Of a DNA stretch of 64,000 nt, positions 26,090 to 36,229 are shown piece after piece; position 1 is the first letter of the stretch; each line of letters opens with the position of its first letter. Where the stretch lies: assembly GCA_934162195.1 (NCBI GenBank), contig CAKPHO010000002.1, positions 13,689 through 77,688 of the forward strand, read 5' to 3'. This DNA comes from an uncultured Bacilli bacterium (GTDB taxonomy: Bacteria > Bacillota_I > Bacilli_A > RF39 > UBA660). The notes beneath the pieces were generated by a model, which saw nothing but the letters and a program-made list of their open reading frames with translations, was not told the origin of the DNA and did no database searches. The translations under genes and the position numbers were made by a program.

Positions 26090-27484
26090 ATGAAATTATA
26101 TAATACATTAACAAGAACTATAGAAGATTTTATTCCAAACAAAGAAGGTCATGTATCAATGTATACTTGTGGGCCTACGGTTTATCATTTCGCACATATT
26201 GGAAATCTTCGTACATATATATTTGAAGATGTTTTAGAAAGAAGTTTAAACTTTTTAGGATATGATGTAAAGAGAGTCATGAATATTACTGATGTTGGAC
26301 ATTTAAGTAGTGATTCTGATAGTGGTGAAGATAAAATGCTTAAAGGTGCTAAAAGGGAACATAAGTCAGTTTTAGAAATAGCCGATTTTTATACAGAAGA
26401 GTTTAAAAAAGATTGTGCTAAATTAAATATTAAGTGGCCTAAAATTGTTTCTAAAGCAACAGATAATATTGATTTTTATATAAAGATAATAACTAAACTA
26501 CTTGAAGATGGTAAAGCTTATATAGCTGGTGGAAATGTTTACTTTGATACTTCTAAGTTAGATGACTATTATAAATTAACTAATCATAAGGAAGATGAGA
26601 TGGTAGTTGGCGTACGTGATGGTGTAGAGGAAGATTCTAACAAAAAGAATCAAGCTGATTTTGTTTTATGGTTTACTAAATCAAAATTTGATTCTCAAGA
26701 ATTAAAATGGGATTCTCCTTGGGGGTATGGATATCCTGGTTGGCATATTGAATGTTCTGGTATTTCATTGAAATATTTAGGAGAATACTTAGATATACAC
26801 TGTGGTGGTGTTGATAATATTTTTCCTCACCACACTAATGAGATAGCTCAATCAGAAAGTTACCTTGGACATAAGTGGTGTAATTATTGGGTTCATGGGG
26901 AACATTTAAACGATAAAGATGGAAAGATGAGTAAATCAAAAGGAGAATTTTTAACTGTATCTTTACTAGAAAGTAAAGGTTATAATCCCTTAAGTTATCG
27001 TTTTATGTGTTTACAATCTCATTATCGTAAAGTGTTAGAATTTAGTTATGATGCTCTAGATAATAGTACTAATGCTTATAATAAATTAAGAAGCAAGATT
27101 AGTGATATTAAAGAAAATGGTGATATTGATTTAGATGGCTCTAGTAAATATATGAATCAATTCAAAACTGCTCTAGAAAATGACCTTAATACATCTGCTG
27201 CTTTAACAACTTTATATGATGTTTTAAAAAGTGATTTAAATAATACAACTAAATTATATTTAACTAAAAAGTTTGATGAAGTGCTAGGTTTAAATTTATG
27301 TGTAAAAGAAGAACTTGAGATAGATTCCCAGTTAGAACAATACATAAAAAATAAAATAGAAGAAAGAAATATAGCTAAAAAGAATAAAGATTACTCTTTG
27401 GCTGATCAGATCCGTGATGAATTAAAAGAAAAAGGAATAATAATCAAAGATACAAGGGAAGGAACTATTTTTGAAATAGTATAG
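26090..27484 (+). CDS. cysS: cysteine--tRNA ligase
   Basis: Class I motifs HIGN (HIGH) and KMSKS, plus WHIECS zinc-site context. Confidence 0.95.
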   Translation: MKLYNTLTRTIEDFIPNKEGHVSMYTCGPTVYHFAHIGNLRTYIFEDVLERSLNFLGYDVKRVMNITDVGHLSSDSDSGEDKMLKGAKREHKSVLEIADFYTEEFKKDCAKLNIKWPKIVSKATDNIDFYIKIITKLLEDGKAYIAGGNVYFDTSKLDDYYKLTNHKEDEMVVGVRDGVEEDSNKKNQADFVLWFTKSKFDSQELKWDSPWGYGYPGWHIECSGISLKYLGEYLDIHCGGVDNIFPHHTNEIAQSESYLGHKWCNYWVHGEHLNDKDGKMSKSKGEFLTVSLLESKGYNPLSYRFMCLQSHYRKVLEFSYDALDNSTNAYNKLRSKISDIKENGDIDLDGSSKYMNQFKTALENDLNTSAALTTLYDVLKSDLNNTTKLYLTKKFDEVLGLNLCVKEELEIDSQLEQYIKNKIEERNIAKKNKDYSLADQIRDELKEKGIIIKDTREGTIFEIV

Positions 27485-27492
27485 GTGATATT

Positions 27493-28194
27493 ATGAATTA
27501 TGGAACATGGGGATATGAAGATGGATTAACTTTACTTCTTAGTTTAATTGGTTTTATCATTGTTATTTATGCCCAAATAAAAGTAAATCTTAGTTATGCA
27601 AAAACCAGTAAAATTAAGTCAAATAGAGGATTATCAGGTCAAGAAGTAGCACGTAAAATACTTGATAGTAATGGACTTAATAATATTCATATTGTTGAGG
27701 TACAAGGCAAACTAACAGATCATTATGATCCAAGCAGAAAAGTATTAAGATTATCTCACGATATTTTTAATGGTGATAGTATTGCTTCTGTTTCGGTAGC
27801 GGCTCATGAATGTGGTCATGCTATTCAAGATAAAGACGGTTATGTTTTTATGCGTATTAGAGGCTTTTTAGTTCCTGTAGTTAATTTTGTTACATATATA
27901 GGATATTTTGTTGCTATTATATCTCTTATAGGAGGTATTACAGGTTATTTAAAAGTAAGTTTATTAATTATACTTGCAGCTGTTTTATTTCAACTAGTAA
28001 CTCTTCCTGTTGAGTTTGATGCTTCAAATCGTGCAAAAGAAGAATTGTTAAAACTAGGTTTAATAGATAATGAAGAACAAAAGAATGTAAAAAATATGTT
28101 AGGTTCTGCTGCGCTTACTTATGTAGCAAGCTTAGTATCTTCTATTTTAAATGTACTTAGAATTTTAATAATGTTAGGAAGAAGAGATGATTAG
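27493..28194 (+). CDS. zinc metallopeptidase, YugP/peptidase_M?-like membrane protein
   Basis: AAHECGHAIQD HExxH motif, TM segments at both ends, and the YugP-like N-terminal context SGQEVARKILD. Confidence 0.75.
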   Translation: MNYGTWGYEDGLTLLLSLIGFIIVIYAQIKVNLSYAKTSKIKSNRGLSGQEVARKILDSNGLNNIHIVEVQGKLTDHYDPSRKVLRLSHDIFNGDSIASVSVAAHECGHAIQDKDGYVFMRIRGFLVPVVNFVTYIGYFVAIISLIGGITGYLKVSLLIILAAVLFQLVTLPVEFDASNRAKEELLKLGLIDNEEQKNVKNMLGSAALTYVASLVSSILNVLRILIMLGRRDD

Positions 28195-28217
28195 TCTCTT
28201 TTATTGTCGGTGAAAAT

Positions 28218-29093
28218 ATGAATGGAATATTACTTGTAAACAAGGAAAAAAATTATACTAGTAGAGATATTGTAAATAAAGTTGGAAAGATTTTAGGAAC
28301 TAAAAAAATTGGTCATACCGGGACCTTAGATCCACTAGCAATAGGAGTATTAGTTTTATGTATAGGTTCAGCAACTAAACTAAATGAAATTTTAACATCT
28401 ACTTATAAAGAATATGAAGCAGAAATTACCTTAGGCCTTCTTACTGATACCCTAGATATAACTGGTAATGTGTTAAAAGAAGAAAGTGTGAAGGTAAATA
28501 AAGGACAATTATTAGAAGCTTTAAATAAAATGATTGGCAAATATATACAAGAAGTACCAATTTATTCAGCAGTTAAAGTAAATGGTAAAAAACTTTATGA
28601 ATATGCTAGAAATGGTGAAAGTGTTGAACTTCCTAAAAGAGAAGTTGATATAAAAAAACTGGAACTAGTAGGAGATATTAGATATATAGATAATAAAACT
28701 GTTTTTAATATTAGATGTTTAGTTAGTAAAGGAACTTATATTAGAGCCCTAGTTAATGATATAGCTACTAATTTAAATACAATTGGTGTTATGTCAAAAC
28801 TAAAAAGAACGAAACAAGGAATCTTTAATCTTGAGGATTGTTATACGTTAGATGATATAGAAAATGGTAATTATAAATTAATTAGTGTTGATGAAGTGTT
28901 GAACGAATATCCTAGAGTTATGGTTGAAGGAAGAGAAGAAAAATTAGTAAGTAATGGAGCAATTATAGATAATAGTTGGAATAAAGATAAAATATTATTT
29001 ATAGATAAAAATAATATTCTAATAGCGCTTTATAAAACTTATGAAAAAGATAAAACAAAATTAAAACCATGGAAAATGTTAAAAAACAAGTAA
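28218..29093 (+). CDS. truB: tRNA pseudouridine(55) synthase
   Basis: GHTGTLDPLAIGVL catalytic Asp motif and YSAVKVNGKKLYEYAR. Confidence 0.9.
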   Translation: MNGILLVNKEKNYTSRDIVNKVGKILGTKKIGHTGTLDPLAIGVLVLCIGSATKLNEILTSTYKEYEAEITLGLLTDTLDITGNVLKEESVKVNKGQLLEALNKMIGKYIQEVPIYSAVKVNGKKLYEYARNGESVELPKREVDIKKLELVGDIRYIDNKTVFNIRCLVSKGTYIRALVNDIATNLNTIGVMSKLKRTKQGIFNLEDCYTLDDIENGNYKLISVDEVLNEYPRVMVEGREEKLVSNGAIIDNSWNKDKILFIDKNNILIALYKTYEKDKTKLKPWKMLKNK

Positions 29094-29107
29094 GAAAGGA
29101 GGAATTT

Positions 29108-29338
29108 ATGAAAGAAATATATCGAGGTGACATTAGAAGGTTAGATCATGGAAAGACACCACTTGTTAAAGAAAGTGCGACTTTAATGAAAATAAATCAA
29201 TACCATTATTTAGACGTTGATTGTATTTTTAACGGAAAAAAGAAAGTTTATAATGTACTACCAAAAGAAGGTAATTGCTTTGTTGATGTTTATTCATTAA
29301 TAACAGTAAAAGAAAAAAGTTATCAAAAAATAAAATAA
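29108..29338 (+). CDS. small hypothetical protein (76 aa)
   Basis: AAGGAGG precedes ATG 29108. It occupies the slot where ribF often sits between truB and rpsO. No family was recognised. Confidence 0.35.
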   Translation: MKEIYRGDIRRLDHGKTPLVKESATLMKINQYHYLDVDCIFNGKKKVYNVLPKEGNCFVDVYSLITVKEKSYQKIK

Positions 29339-29450
29339 TACTTGCATGTTTTTAAAAACTCGTGTATATTATTAGTAGTACTTATTCTTGGATTGAGGAT
29401 TCTCCGTCCCTGTCTCAGTTTAAGCAAATAAAAAGAAAAGGAGAGATAAT

Positions 29451-29720
29451 ATGGCATTAAGTAAAGAAAAGAAAGCTGAAATAGTTAAAAATTTTGGTAC
29501 TTCAGCTAACGATACTGGATCTTGTGAAGTTCAAATTGCAATTTTAACAGAAGAAATTAAAAATTTAACTGAACACTTAAAAGAACATCAACATGACTTT
29601 CATTCTAGACGTGGATTACTTAAAAAAGTAGGTCAAAGAAGAAGTTTGTTAAATTACTTAGTTAAAAACGATGTTACAAGATATCGTGAAGTTATTAAGA
29701 AATTAGGATTAAGAAAATAA
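29451..29720 (+). CDS. rpsO: 30S ribosomal protein S15
   Basis: [42 protein letters not shown]. Confidence 0.95.
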   Translation: MALSKEKKAEIVKNFGTSANDTGSCEVQIAILTEEIKNLTEHLKEHQHDFHSRRGLLKKVGQRRSLLNYLVKNDVTRYREVIKKLGLRK

Positions 29721-29781
29721 TCATAAATAGTAGGCACTTATTTTAAGTGTCTTTATTTTTAATTAAAGAAGGAGGATTTAA

Positions 29782-31914
29782 ATGAAAAAAGTATTTGAAA
29801 TGGATTTTAGAGGAAGAAAAATAGTTGTTGAAAATGGAGAAATGGCTAAACAGGCAAATGGTGCAGTTTTAGTTAGATATGGTGATACTGTAGTACTATC
29901 TACAGCAGTTGTAAAAAAAGAAGCAAATATTTTATCTGACTTTTTTCCTTTGATGGTAATATATCAAGAAAAATTATATTCAGTTGGAAAGATTCCAGGG
30001 GGATTTATAAAAAGAGAGGGAAGACCAACGGATGCGGCTACACTTGCTGCGCGTATGATTGATCGTCCTATGCGCCCAATGTTTAGAGAAGATTTTAAAA
30101 ATGAGGTTCAAATTGTTAATACAGTATTATCTGTAGATACTGATAATTCACCTGAATTAACAGCAATGTTAGGCTCTTCTCTAGCAGTAGGAATTAGTGA
30201 AATACCTTTTGATGGACCAATTGCTGGTGTTAAAGTAGGGCATGTTAATGGAGAATTTATTATTAACCCAACTCCTGCTGAACTAGAATTATCTGATATC
30301 GATTTAACTGTTGCCGGAACTAAAGACGCTATTAATATGGTAGAAGCAGGAGCTAAACAAGTATCAGAAGATTTAATGTTAGAAGCATTAATGTTTGGTC
30401 ATGAAGCAATTAAAGAACTTGTTGAATTCCAAGAAAAAATCATTGCTGAAATAGGCGAAGAAGACATGGAATATGAAAAACTAGAGATAACTTCTGAATT
30501 CAAAAAAGAAATTAGAGATCTAGTTGAAGATAAATTAAATAAAGCTATGCGTATTAAAGAAAAGTTAGAAAAATATGCAGCTATAGATAATGCTAAAGAA
30601 GAAGTTGTAGAAAAATATCGTTTAGAATATGAAGATAAAATAAAAGAAAAAGAACTAAACGAATTATTAACTAAAGTTAAATTAGTACTTGAAGAAATAG
30701 AATATGAAATATTTAGATGTATAGTAGTTAAAGAACATACTCGTGCAGATGGACGAGCTATGACAGAAATTAGACCATTATCAACTGATATTGATATTCT
30801 ACCACGTACTCATGGTTCAGCGTTATTTACAAGAGGAGAAACACAAGCTTTAGCAATTACAACACTTGGAGCTTTAGGTGAACACCAAATATTAGATGGT
30901 CTTTCTTTAGAAGCCGAAAAGAGATTTATGTTACATTACAACTTCCCAGCATTCTCAGTAGGAGAAACAGGAAGATATGGAGCTCCTGGTAGAAGAGAAA
31001 TTGGACATGGAGCATTAGGAGAAAGAGCTTTACTTCAAGTAATGCCAAGTGAAGATGAATTCCCTTACACTGTTCGTGTTGTATCAGAAGTATTAGAAAG
31101 TAATGGTTCATCAAGCCAGGCAACGATTTGTGCTGGATGTATGAGTTTAATGGCTGCTGGTGTTCCTATTAAAGCCCCAGTTGCTGGTATAGCTATGGGA
31201 TTAATTACTGATGGTGATGATTATACTATTCTTACTGATATTCAAGGTATGGAAGATCATTTAGGAGATATGGATTTTAAAGTGGCAGGTACAAGAGATG
31301 GTATTTGTGCTTTACAAATGGATATCAAAATTAAAGGTATTACTAAACAGATTTTAAAAGAAGCTTTAGCTCAAGCAAAAGCAGCTCGTATGGAAATTCT
31401 TGATGTTATAGAAGCTCAAATAAAAGAACCAAGAAAAGAAGTTAGTAAGTATGCACCTAAAACTTTAACATTTACAATTGATCCAAATAAAATTAAAGAT
31501 GTTATTGGTAAAGGTGGAGAAACAATTACAAACATCATTCTTGAAGCTTCAAATGTAACAGCAGTAACAGATATGAATGCCGTTAAAGTTGATTTAGAAG
31601 ATGATGGTAGAGTAATTATTTATCACTCTGATAAAGAGATAATTGAAAGAACTGCTCAAATGATTAAAGATATTGTTCGTGAAGTAGAAGATGGCAAAGT
31701 TTATACTGGTAAAGTAGTAAAAGTAGAGGACTTTGGATGCTTTGTAGAATTATGGCCTGGATGTGAAGGATTAGTACATGTTTCACAACTTGCTAATGAA
31801 AGAGTAGAAAAACCTAGTGATGTTGTTAAAGTAGGGGACGAAATAATAGTTAAGTCATTAGGATATGATAAAAAAGGAAGATTAAATCTTTCTCGTAAAG
31901 AAGCTTTAAAATAG
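29782..31914 (+). CDS. pnp: polyribonucleotide nucleotidyltransferase (PNPase)
   Basis: Two RNase PH domains, a KH domain (VIGKGGETI) and an S1 domain ([15 protein letters not shown]). The rpsO-pnp order is conserved. Confidence 0.95.
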   Translation: MKKVFEMDFRGRKIVVENGEMAKQANGAVLVRYGDTVVLSTAVVKKEANILSDFFPLMVIYQEKLYSVGKIPGGFIKREGRPTDAATLAARMIDRPMRPMFREDFKNEVQIVNTVLSVDTDNSPELTAMLGSSLAVGISEIPFDGPIAGVKVGHVNGEFIINPTPAELELSDIDLTVAGTKDAINMVEAGAKQVSEDLMLEALMFGHEAIKELVEFQEKIIAEIGEEDMEYEKLEITSEFKKEIRDLVEDKLNKAMRIKEKLEKYAAIDNAKEEVVEKYRLEYEDKIKEKELNELLTKVKLVLEEIEYEIFRCIVVKEHTRADGRAMTEIRPLSTDIDILPRTHGSALFTRGETQALAITTLGALGEHQILDGLSLEAEKRFMLHYNFPAFSVGETGRYGAPGRREIGHGALGERALLQVMPSEDEFPYTVRVVSEVLESNGSSSQATICAGCMSLMAAGVPIKAPVAGIAMGLITDGDDYTILTDIQGMEDHLGDMDFKVAGTRDGICALQMDIKIKGITKQILKEALAQAKAARMEILDVIEAQIKEPRKEVSKYAPKTLTFTIDPNKIKDVIGKGGETITNIILEASNVTAVTDMNAVKVDLEDDGRVIIYHSDKEIIERTAQMIKDIVREVEDGKVYTGKVVKVEDFGCFVELWPGCEGLVHVSQLANERVEKPSDVVKVGDEIIVKSLGYDKKGRLNLSRKEALK

Positions 31915-31988
31915 AAGCTTTATGGAAAAAACTACTTGTCAATATATCTAAAAAATGATACTATTGATATAGTAAAGGTAGTGATAGT

Positions 31989-32048
31989 ATGGTTAAAGAG
32001 ATAAATATGAAACTAGCTCAAAATCCAACCTGGGGGGGGGTTATTTAA
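31989..32048 (+). CDS. candidate 19-codon leader peptide MVKEINMKLAQNPTWGGVI
   Basis: Same length, frame, RBS spacing and MVK/PTWGGVI termini as 6486-6545. The G9 tract at 32032-32040 encodes W-G-G. Confidence 0.45.
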   Translation: MVKEINMKLAQNPTWGGVI

Positions 32049-32078
32049 TCATACTATAGTATTAAAAAATAAAGAAAA

Positions 32079-32125
32079 CACAAAGTTTCTAGACTTTTTG
32101 ATAGTCTAGATTTCTTTGTGTTTTT
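32079..32125 (+). terminator. intrinsic terminator between the uORF and the pilin gene
   Basis: Same hairpin arms as 6576-6617, followed by TTTTTAT. Confidence 0.6.
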
Positions 32126-32256
32126 ATGTGTACCTTTATAAGAAAGGGGTTGTTGTATAAATACATAAATATAGATAAAACATGTATTATGACTAGATGT
32201 TTATAAGAAATAAAACAAGGTATAATTAAAGTATAAAGTAAATAAGGAGGTATAGT

Positions 32257-33417
32257 ATGAAAAAGAAAGGATTTACTTTAATAGAATTACTAGCGGTAAT
32301 AGTAGTATTAGCAATAATAGCACTAATTGCAACACCAATAGTAATGAATACGATAAAAAGTGCAAAGAAAGGAGCTGCAGAAAGATCTGCGGATAGTTAT
32401 ATTGGAGCCGTAGAAACAGCAGTTGCAACAGCAAAATTAGATGGTAAAGATATACCAGATGGAACATACCAAATAGATAGTGATGGTAATTTAACAGGAG
32501 AAGGGTTACCAGATGGTAAATTAACAATAGATATGAAAGGAAATAAGCCAACAGGAGGAACAATAACAATAAAGAATGGACAAGTAACAAATGATTCAGA
32601 GATGACTATTGGAGATTATGATGTTAAATATAATGAAGATAACAATAAATATGAAGCAACCAAGTTAAAAACATATATAAATGGAGAGGTAGTATATTTT
32701 AATGTAACAACAGGAGAAAAATGTACATCATCAGATTATACAGAAACACAAAGTAATACAGGAACAAATAGGGGCTGTATGAAATTTTATGCCTTTAATG
32801 ATGATGGAGGAAATACAGTAAACTTAATATTGGATCACAATACAACAGCAACTGTAGCATGGAATTCAAGTAATAGTAATACAAATGGGCCAAAAGAAGT
32901 ATTAGAACAATTAAAAAAGGATACTGAATCATGGGAAGGGACAATAACACCGGCAAATTATACAATGGATCAAACAGGACAACCAAGTAATGCAAAATAT
33001 ACAATAGATTATAGTAGTTATAAAGCAAGATTAATAACAGCTAACGAAATAGCAAAAATTACAGGAAATACTTCTTGGAACGAGAAAACTGCAAGTAACA
33101 TATTCTATTTTGATACCAATACATCAACGATAAGTTCAACATGTGCTAAAGGAAATACAAGTGGATGTTCATATAGATGGTTATATGATAGATCAAGCAC
33201 CTATTGTACAACATATGGATGTTTAAATAATGCTGATTCTGCAATGACTGGAATTGGATATTGGACAGCATCTTCTCATGTCGGCTACGTTGGCACCATC
33301 TCTAACCGTGCTTGGTACGTGAACTGCCGCGCTCACGCGAACTACGGCGGCGTTTTCGATTCGAGCAGCCTTGGCGTTCGCCCAGTTATAGAAGTATTAA
33401 AATCTAAACTTTCATAA
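32257..33417 (+). CDS. modular type IV pilin-like protein B (pilin module plus DUF1566/C-type-lectin-like C-terminal domain)
   Basis: MKKKG/FTLIELLAV prepilin motif. The C-terminal domain carries ARLITANEIAKITG, GYWTASS and GVRPVIEV, as in Lcl/DUF1566-like folds. Confidence 0.85.
   Translation: MKKKGFTLIELLAVIVVLAIIALIATPIVMNTIKSAKKGAAERSADSYIGAVETAVATAKLDGKDIPDGTYQIDSDGNLTGEGLPDGKLTIDMKGNKPTGGTITIKNGQVTNDSEMTIGDYDVKYNEDNNKYEATKLKTYINGEVVYFNVTTGEKCTSSDYTETQSNTGTNRGCMKFYAFNDDGGNTVNLILDHNTTATVAWNSSNSNTNGPKEVLEQLKKDTESWEGTITPANYTMDQTGQPSNAKYTIDYSSYKARLITANEIAKITGNTSWNEKTASNIFYFDTNTSTISSTCAKGNTSGCSYRWLYDRSSTYCTTYGCLNNADSAMTGIGYWTASSHVGYVGTISNRAWYVNCRAHANYGGVFDSSSLGVRPVIEVLKSKLS
33280..33384 (+). 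other. adenine-avoiding, codon-phased segment near the pilin B C-terminus (candidate DGR variable region)
   Basis: Of 35 codons, 34 do not end in A. GC is ~61% by hand count. All three Arg codons are CGY although AGA dominates elsewhere in the window. AAC, TAC, CAC, AGC and GGC codons are enriched. Confidence 0.5.
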
Positions 33418-33426
33418 AAAGAAGAT

Positions 33427-33452
33427 AAACTGTGTAAGAACACAGTTTTCTT
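33427..33452 (+). terminator. intrinsic terminator
   Basis: AAACTGTGT-AAGA-ACACAGTTT followed by TCTT. Confidence 0.6.
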
Positions 33453-33515
33453 ATGATTTTAAAAGTGTTTACTTTATAATATAATTGTGGTAGAATACAT
33501 TCACGAGGTGAATGT

Positions 33516-33959
33516 ATGAAAAAAGCAAGTAATGACGTAAATGTAACTAACACAAAAACATTAACAATAATTAAACCAGATGGAATGAAACATATCGATG
33601 AGATTATTAATATGTTTTATGAGAATGGTTTAAAAATAAGTTCTTATAAGATTGAACAATTAACAGATGAAATTCTTGAAGAGCATTACTCTCATCTATT
33701 AGATAAACCATTTTATCCAAAGTTAAGAAATTATATGATGAGTGCTCCTGTAGCAATTATGGTTTTAGAGGGAGAAAATGCGGTTGAAAAATTAAGAAAT
33801 CTAATGGGACCTACCGATGCTACAAAAGCTGAACCTAACACGATTAGAGGTAAATTTGGAACAGATATAACTTATAATGCTATACATGGTTCAGATTCTG
33901 ATGAAAATGCTAAAATAGAAATAGAAAGATTTTTTAAGACAAAACAAAAGAGGATTTAA
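33516..33959 (+). CDS. ndk: nucleoside-diphosphate kinase
   Basis: TLTIIKPDG, GPTD and the NAIHGSDS active-site His motif. Confidence 0.9.
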   Translation: MKKASNDVNVTNTKTLTIIKPDGMKHIDEIINMFYENGLKISSYKIEQLTDEILEEHYSHLLDKPFYPKLRNYMMSAPVAIMVLEGENAVEKLRNLMGPTDATKAEPNTIRGKFGTDITYNAIHGSDSDENAKIEIERFFKTKQKRI

Positions 33960-34351
33960 TCCTCTTTTAATTTTTTATAAATATTTTCTACATTATCTAT
34001 AGCACTATCATTTTTAATTAACTTAATTGATATATTATCTTTATAGTATGGTTTTAAGTGCATATGATAATGTTTTACTTCTTGAACACATCCATTATTT
34101 TGTAGTAATGAAATGCCATCACACTGAAGTTTTTTTTCTAACCTCTTTTTTATTTTTTTACTAGCTTCATTGATGTGAGTTAAGGTTTCCATATCGATAT
34201 CATCTAAGTCTTGAAAATGTTTTTTGGGAATTATCAAAGTATGACCATTAGAATCAGGGTTGATATCTAAAAAAGCAAGAACATAATCATCTTCATATAA
34301 TTTATAACATGGTATTTCTCCAGCAATAATTTTACAAAATAAACAATCCAT
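33956..34351 (-). CDS. HIT family protein
   Basis: MDCLFCKIIAGEIP... and the histidine triad HYHMHL. ATG 34351 was chosen, so the 36-codon ORF-track extension is rejected. Confidence 0.85.
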   Translation of the reverse strand: MDCLFCKIIAGEIPCYKLYEDDYVLAFLDINPDSNGHTLIIPKKHFQDLDDIDMETLTHINEASKKIKKRLEKKLQCDGISLLQNNGCVQEVKHYHMHLKPYYKDNISIKLIKNDSAIDNVENIYKKLKED

Positions 34352-34653
34352 TTTATCATCTCCTATTTTGATTATAACAAAAAAAGAAAGAGAGATAAAC
34401 TCTTTTTTGTTTACTTGATAAAATTTTAAACAAGAATCGAGAGTAGTAATGCCCATCAAAATTCAAGCTTGTAGAAAATATCAGTAGTGATATCTGTGAA
34501 ACAAAAAATAAGAACCTAAGGTTCTTAAAATAAATTAAAACATTTATTATATGTTCTGAATACTGCGAATATTCATTATATTATTAGACAAAATAAATAA
34601 AAATATACAAAATAATAAGAAATTAATGTATAATACTAGTTGGAGATGATTTT

Positions 34654-35439
34654 ATGCATACATTAACAATTAAAAATTTAAGTGTGGAAGTTAATCATAA
34701 ACAGATATTAAAAAATTTAAATTTAGAGATAAATAGTGGTGAAATACATGCCATTATGGGTCCTAACGGAACCGGTAAATCAACTCTTACTAAAGTGATA
34801 ATGGGTGATAGGAACTATAAAGTAACTGAAGGTGAGATTCTTTTTGATGGAAAAAAAATAGATACTTTAACAACTGATGAAAGAGCCCGTTTAGGTATTT
34901 TTTTAGGTCTTCAAATGCCTTTAGAAATAGAAGGAGTTAGTAATGCCGATTTTATGAGAAGTGCATTACATGCTAAGGAAGGAAATAATTTTAAATTATT
35001 TAATTTTATTAAAGATATGGACAAATATGTCGAAAAATTAAAAATGAATAAAGACATGATTCATCGTGGTGTTAATCAAGGATTTTCTGGTGGCGAAAGA
35101 AAGAAAAATGAAATTCTTCAAATGTATTTATTAAAACCTTCTATGGTTTTGCTAGATGAGATAGATTCTGGTCTTGATGTTGATAGTTTAAAAATAGTAG
35201 GAGAAAATGTAATGGATTATTATAATGAATCAAATGCAGGAATTTTAGTAATTACTCATTACCAAAGATTACTTGACTACATTAAACCTACACATGTTCA
35301 TATCATAAAAGATGGAACAATTATCAAAAGTGGTGGTAATGAACTTGTTAAATATATTGAAGAAAATGGTTATGAAAAAATAGAAAAAGAAACAATATCT
35401 GGTACTTGTATAATTAAGGAAATTACTAATCATGAATAA
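34654..35439 (+). CDS. sufC: Fe-S cluster assembly ATPase SufC
   Basis: Walker A GPNGTGKST, FSGGERKKNEI and LLDEIDSGLD, with the SufC-like C-terminus. Confidence 0.9.
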   Translation: MHTLTIKNLSVEVNHKQILKNLNLEINSGEIHAIMGPNGTGKSTLTKVIMGDRNYKVTEGEILFDGKKIDTLTTDERARLGIFLGLQMPLEIEGVSNADFMRSALHAKEGNNFKLFNFIKDMDKYVEKLKMNKDMIHRGVNQGFSGGERKKNEILQMYLLKPSMVLLDEIDSGLDVDSLKIVGENVMDYYNESNAGILVITHYQRLLDYIKPTHVHIIKDGTIIKSGGNELVKYIEENGYEKIEKETISGTCIIKEITNHE

Positions 35440-36226
35440 AATAAATATAGTTAATAATGAATTAAAAAAAACTAAGTTAGACAAAAGTATTGAGTGTAGT
35501 TTTGATATTAATGATCGTTATGGTATTAATGTTTTAAAATTAATTATTAAAGAAAGTACAGATATAGAGTTAGATATTGAAGCACTAGAAGAATTAACTA
35601 TTGAAATTAATGTTTTGGTTTTAGATAATGTTACTTCAAATATATATGAAAATATAAATGGTAAAAAAGCTAAAATAAGAAGTAAATATGAATTAAAAAA
35701 AGATAGTAACTTGATAATCAAAAAAATTAATAATATAGATTCAATAAAGGAACAATGCATATTTTCACTGAATGGTGAAAAAGCTAGTGTTAAAAGAGTA
35801 TTGAAGACAATCAGTTGTAGTAATGAAAAGTACGATGTTATTGTAAATCATAATAGTAGAGCAACTAAAAGTGATATTATAAATCATGGTGTAAATATTG
35901 AAAAAGGAACATTGGTTTTTGATGTTTCTAGTATTGTTCCAGAAGATATGGATAAGTGTTACGTTAATCAAAGCAATAGGATTATTAATTTAACTAACAA
36001 TAAATGTAGTATTAGTCCTAATATGTATATTGATTGCTTTGATGTTATCGCAAACCATAGTGCATTTATAGGAACATTTAAAGATGATGAACTATTTTAT
36101 TTACAAAGTAGAGGAATAGATAAAATAGGAGCTACTAAATTATTAATTAGAGGATTCTTGACAAGTGAATTAAGTGAAGAACAAAAAGAAACATATAATA
36201 AGATAATTGATAAGTATTGGAGGTGA
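35432..36226 (+). CDS. short SufB/SufD family protein
   Basis: It sits between sufC and sufS. The C-terminal FYLQSRGI...A..LLI.GF motif is typical of SufB/D. At 264 aa it is shorter than canonical SufD. Confidence 0.6.
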   Translation: MNKINIVNNELKKTKLDKSIECSFDINDRYGINVLKLIIKESTDIELDIEALEELTIEINVLVLDNVTSNIYENINGKKAKIRSKYELKKDSNLIIKKINNIDSIKEQCIFSLNGEKASVKRVLKTISCSNEKYDVIVNHNSRATKSDIINHGVNIEKGTLVFDVSSIVPEDMDKCYVNQSNRIINLTNNKCSISPNMYIDCFDVIANHSAFIGTFKDDELFYLQSRGIDKIGATKLLIRGFLTSELSEEQKETYNKIIDKYWR

Positions 36227-36229
36227 ATT

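Larger units (their letters stand above)
31936..32125 (+). promoter_or_regulatory. pilin leader copy 2: promoter, hairpin-enclosed uORF with G9 tract, intrinsic terminator
   Basis: TTGTCA(31936)-17-TACTAT(31959) with TG at -15. The 31971-32140 block is paralogous to 6467-6640. Unlike copy 1, a further ~130 nt containing a TATAAT (32221) separates it from the pilin ATG. Confidence 0.6.

Noticed and set aside
33497-33515. Hairpin ACATTCA-CGAGG-TGAATGT abutting the ndk start codon, with the RBS in its loop, as a translational control element.
   Set aside because: The best -10 element (TAGAAT 33491-33496) would place the transcription start inside the hairpin, so the full stem is probably not part of the mRNA.
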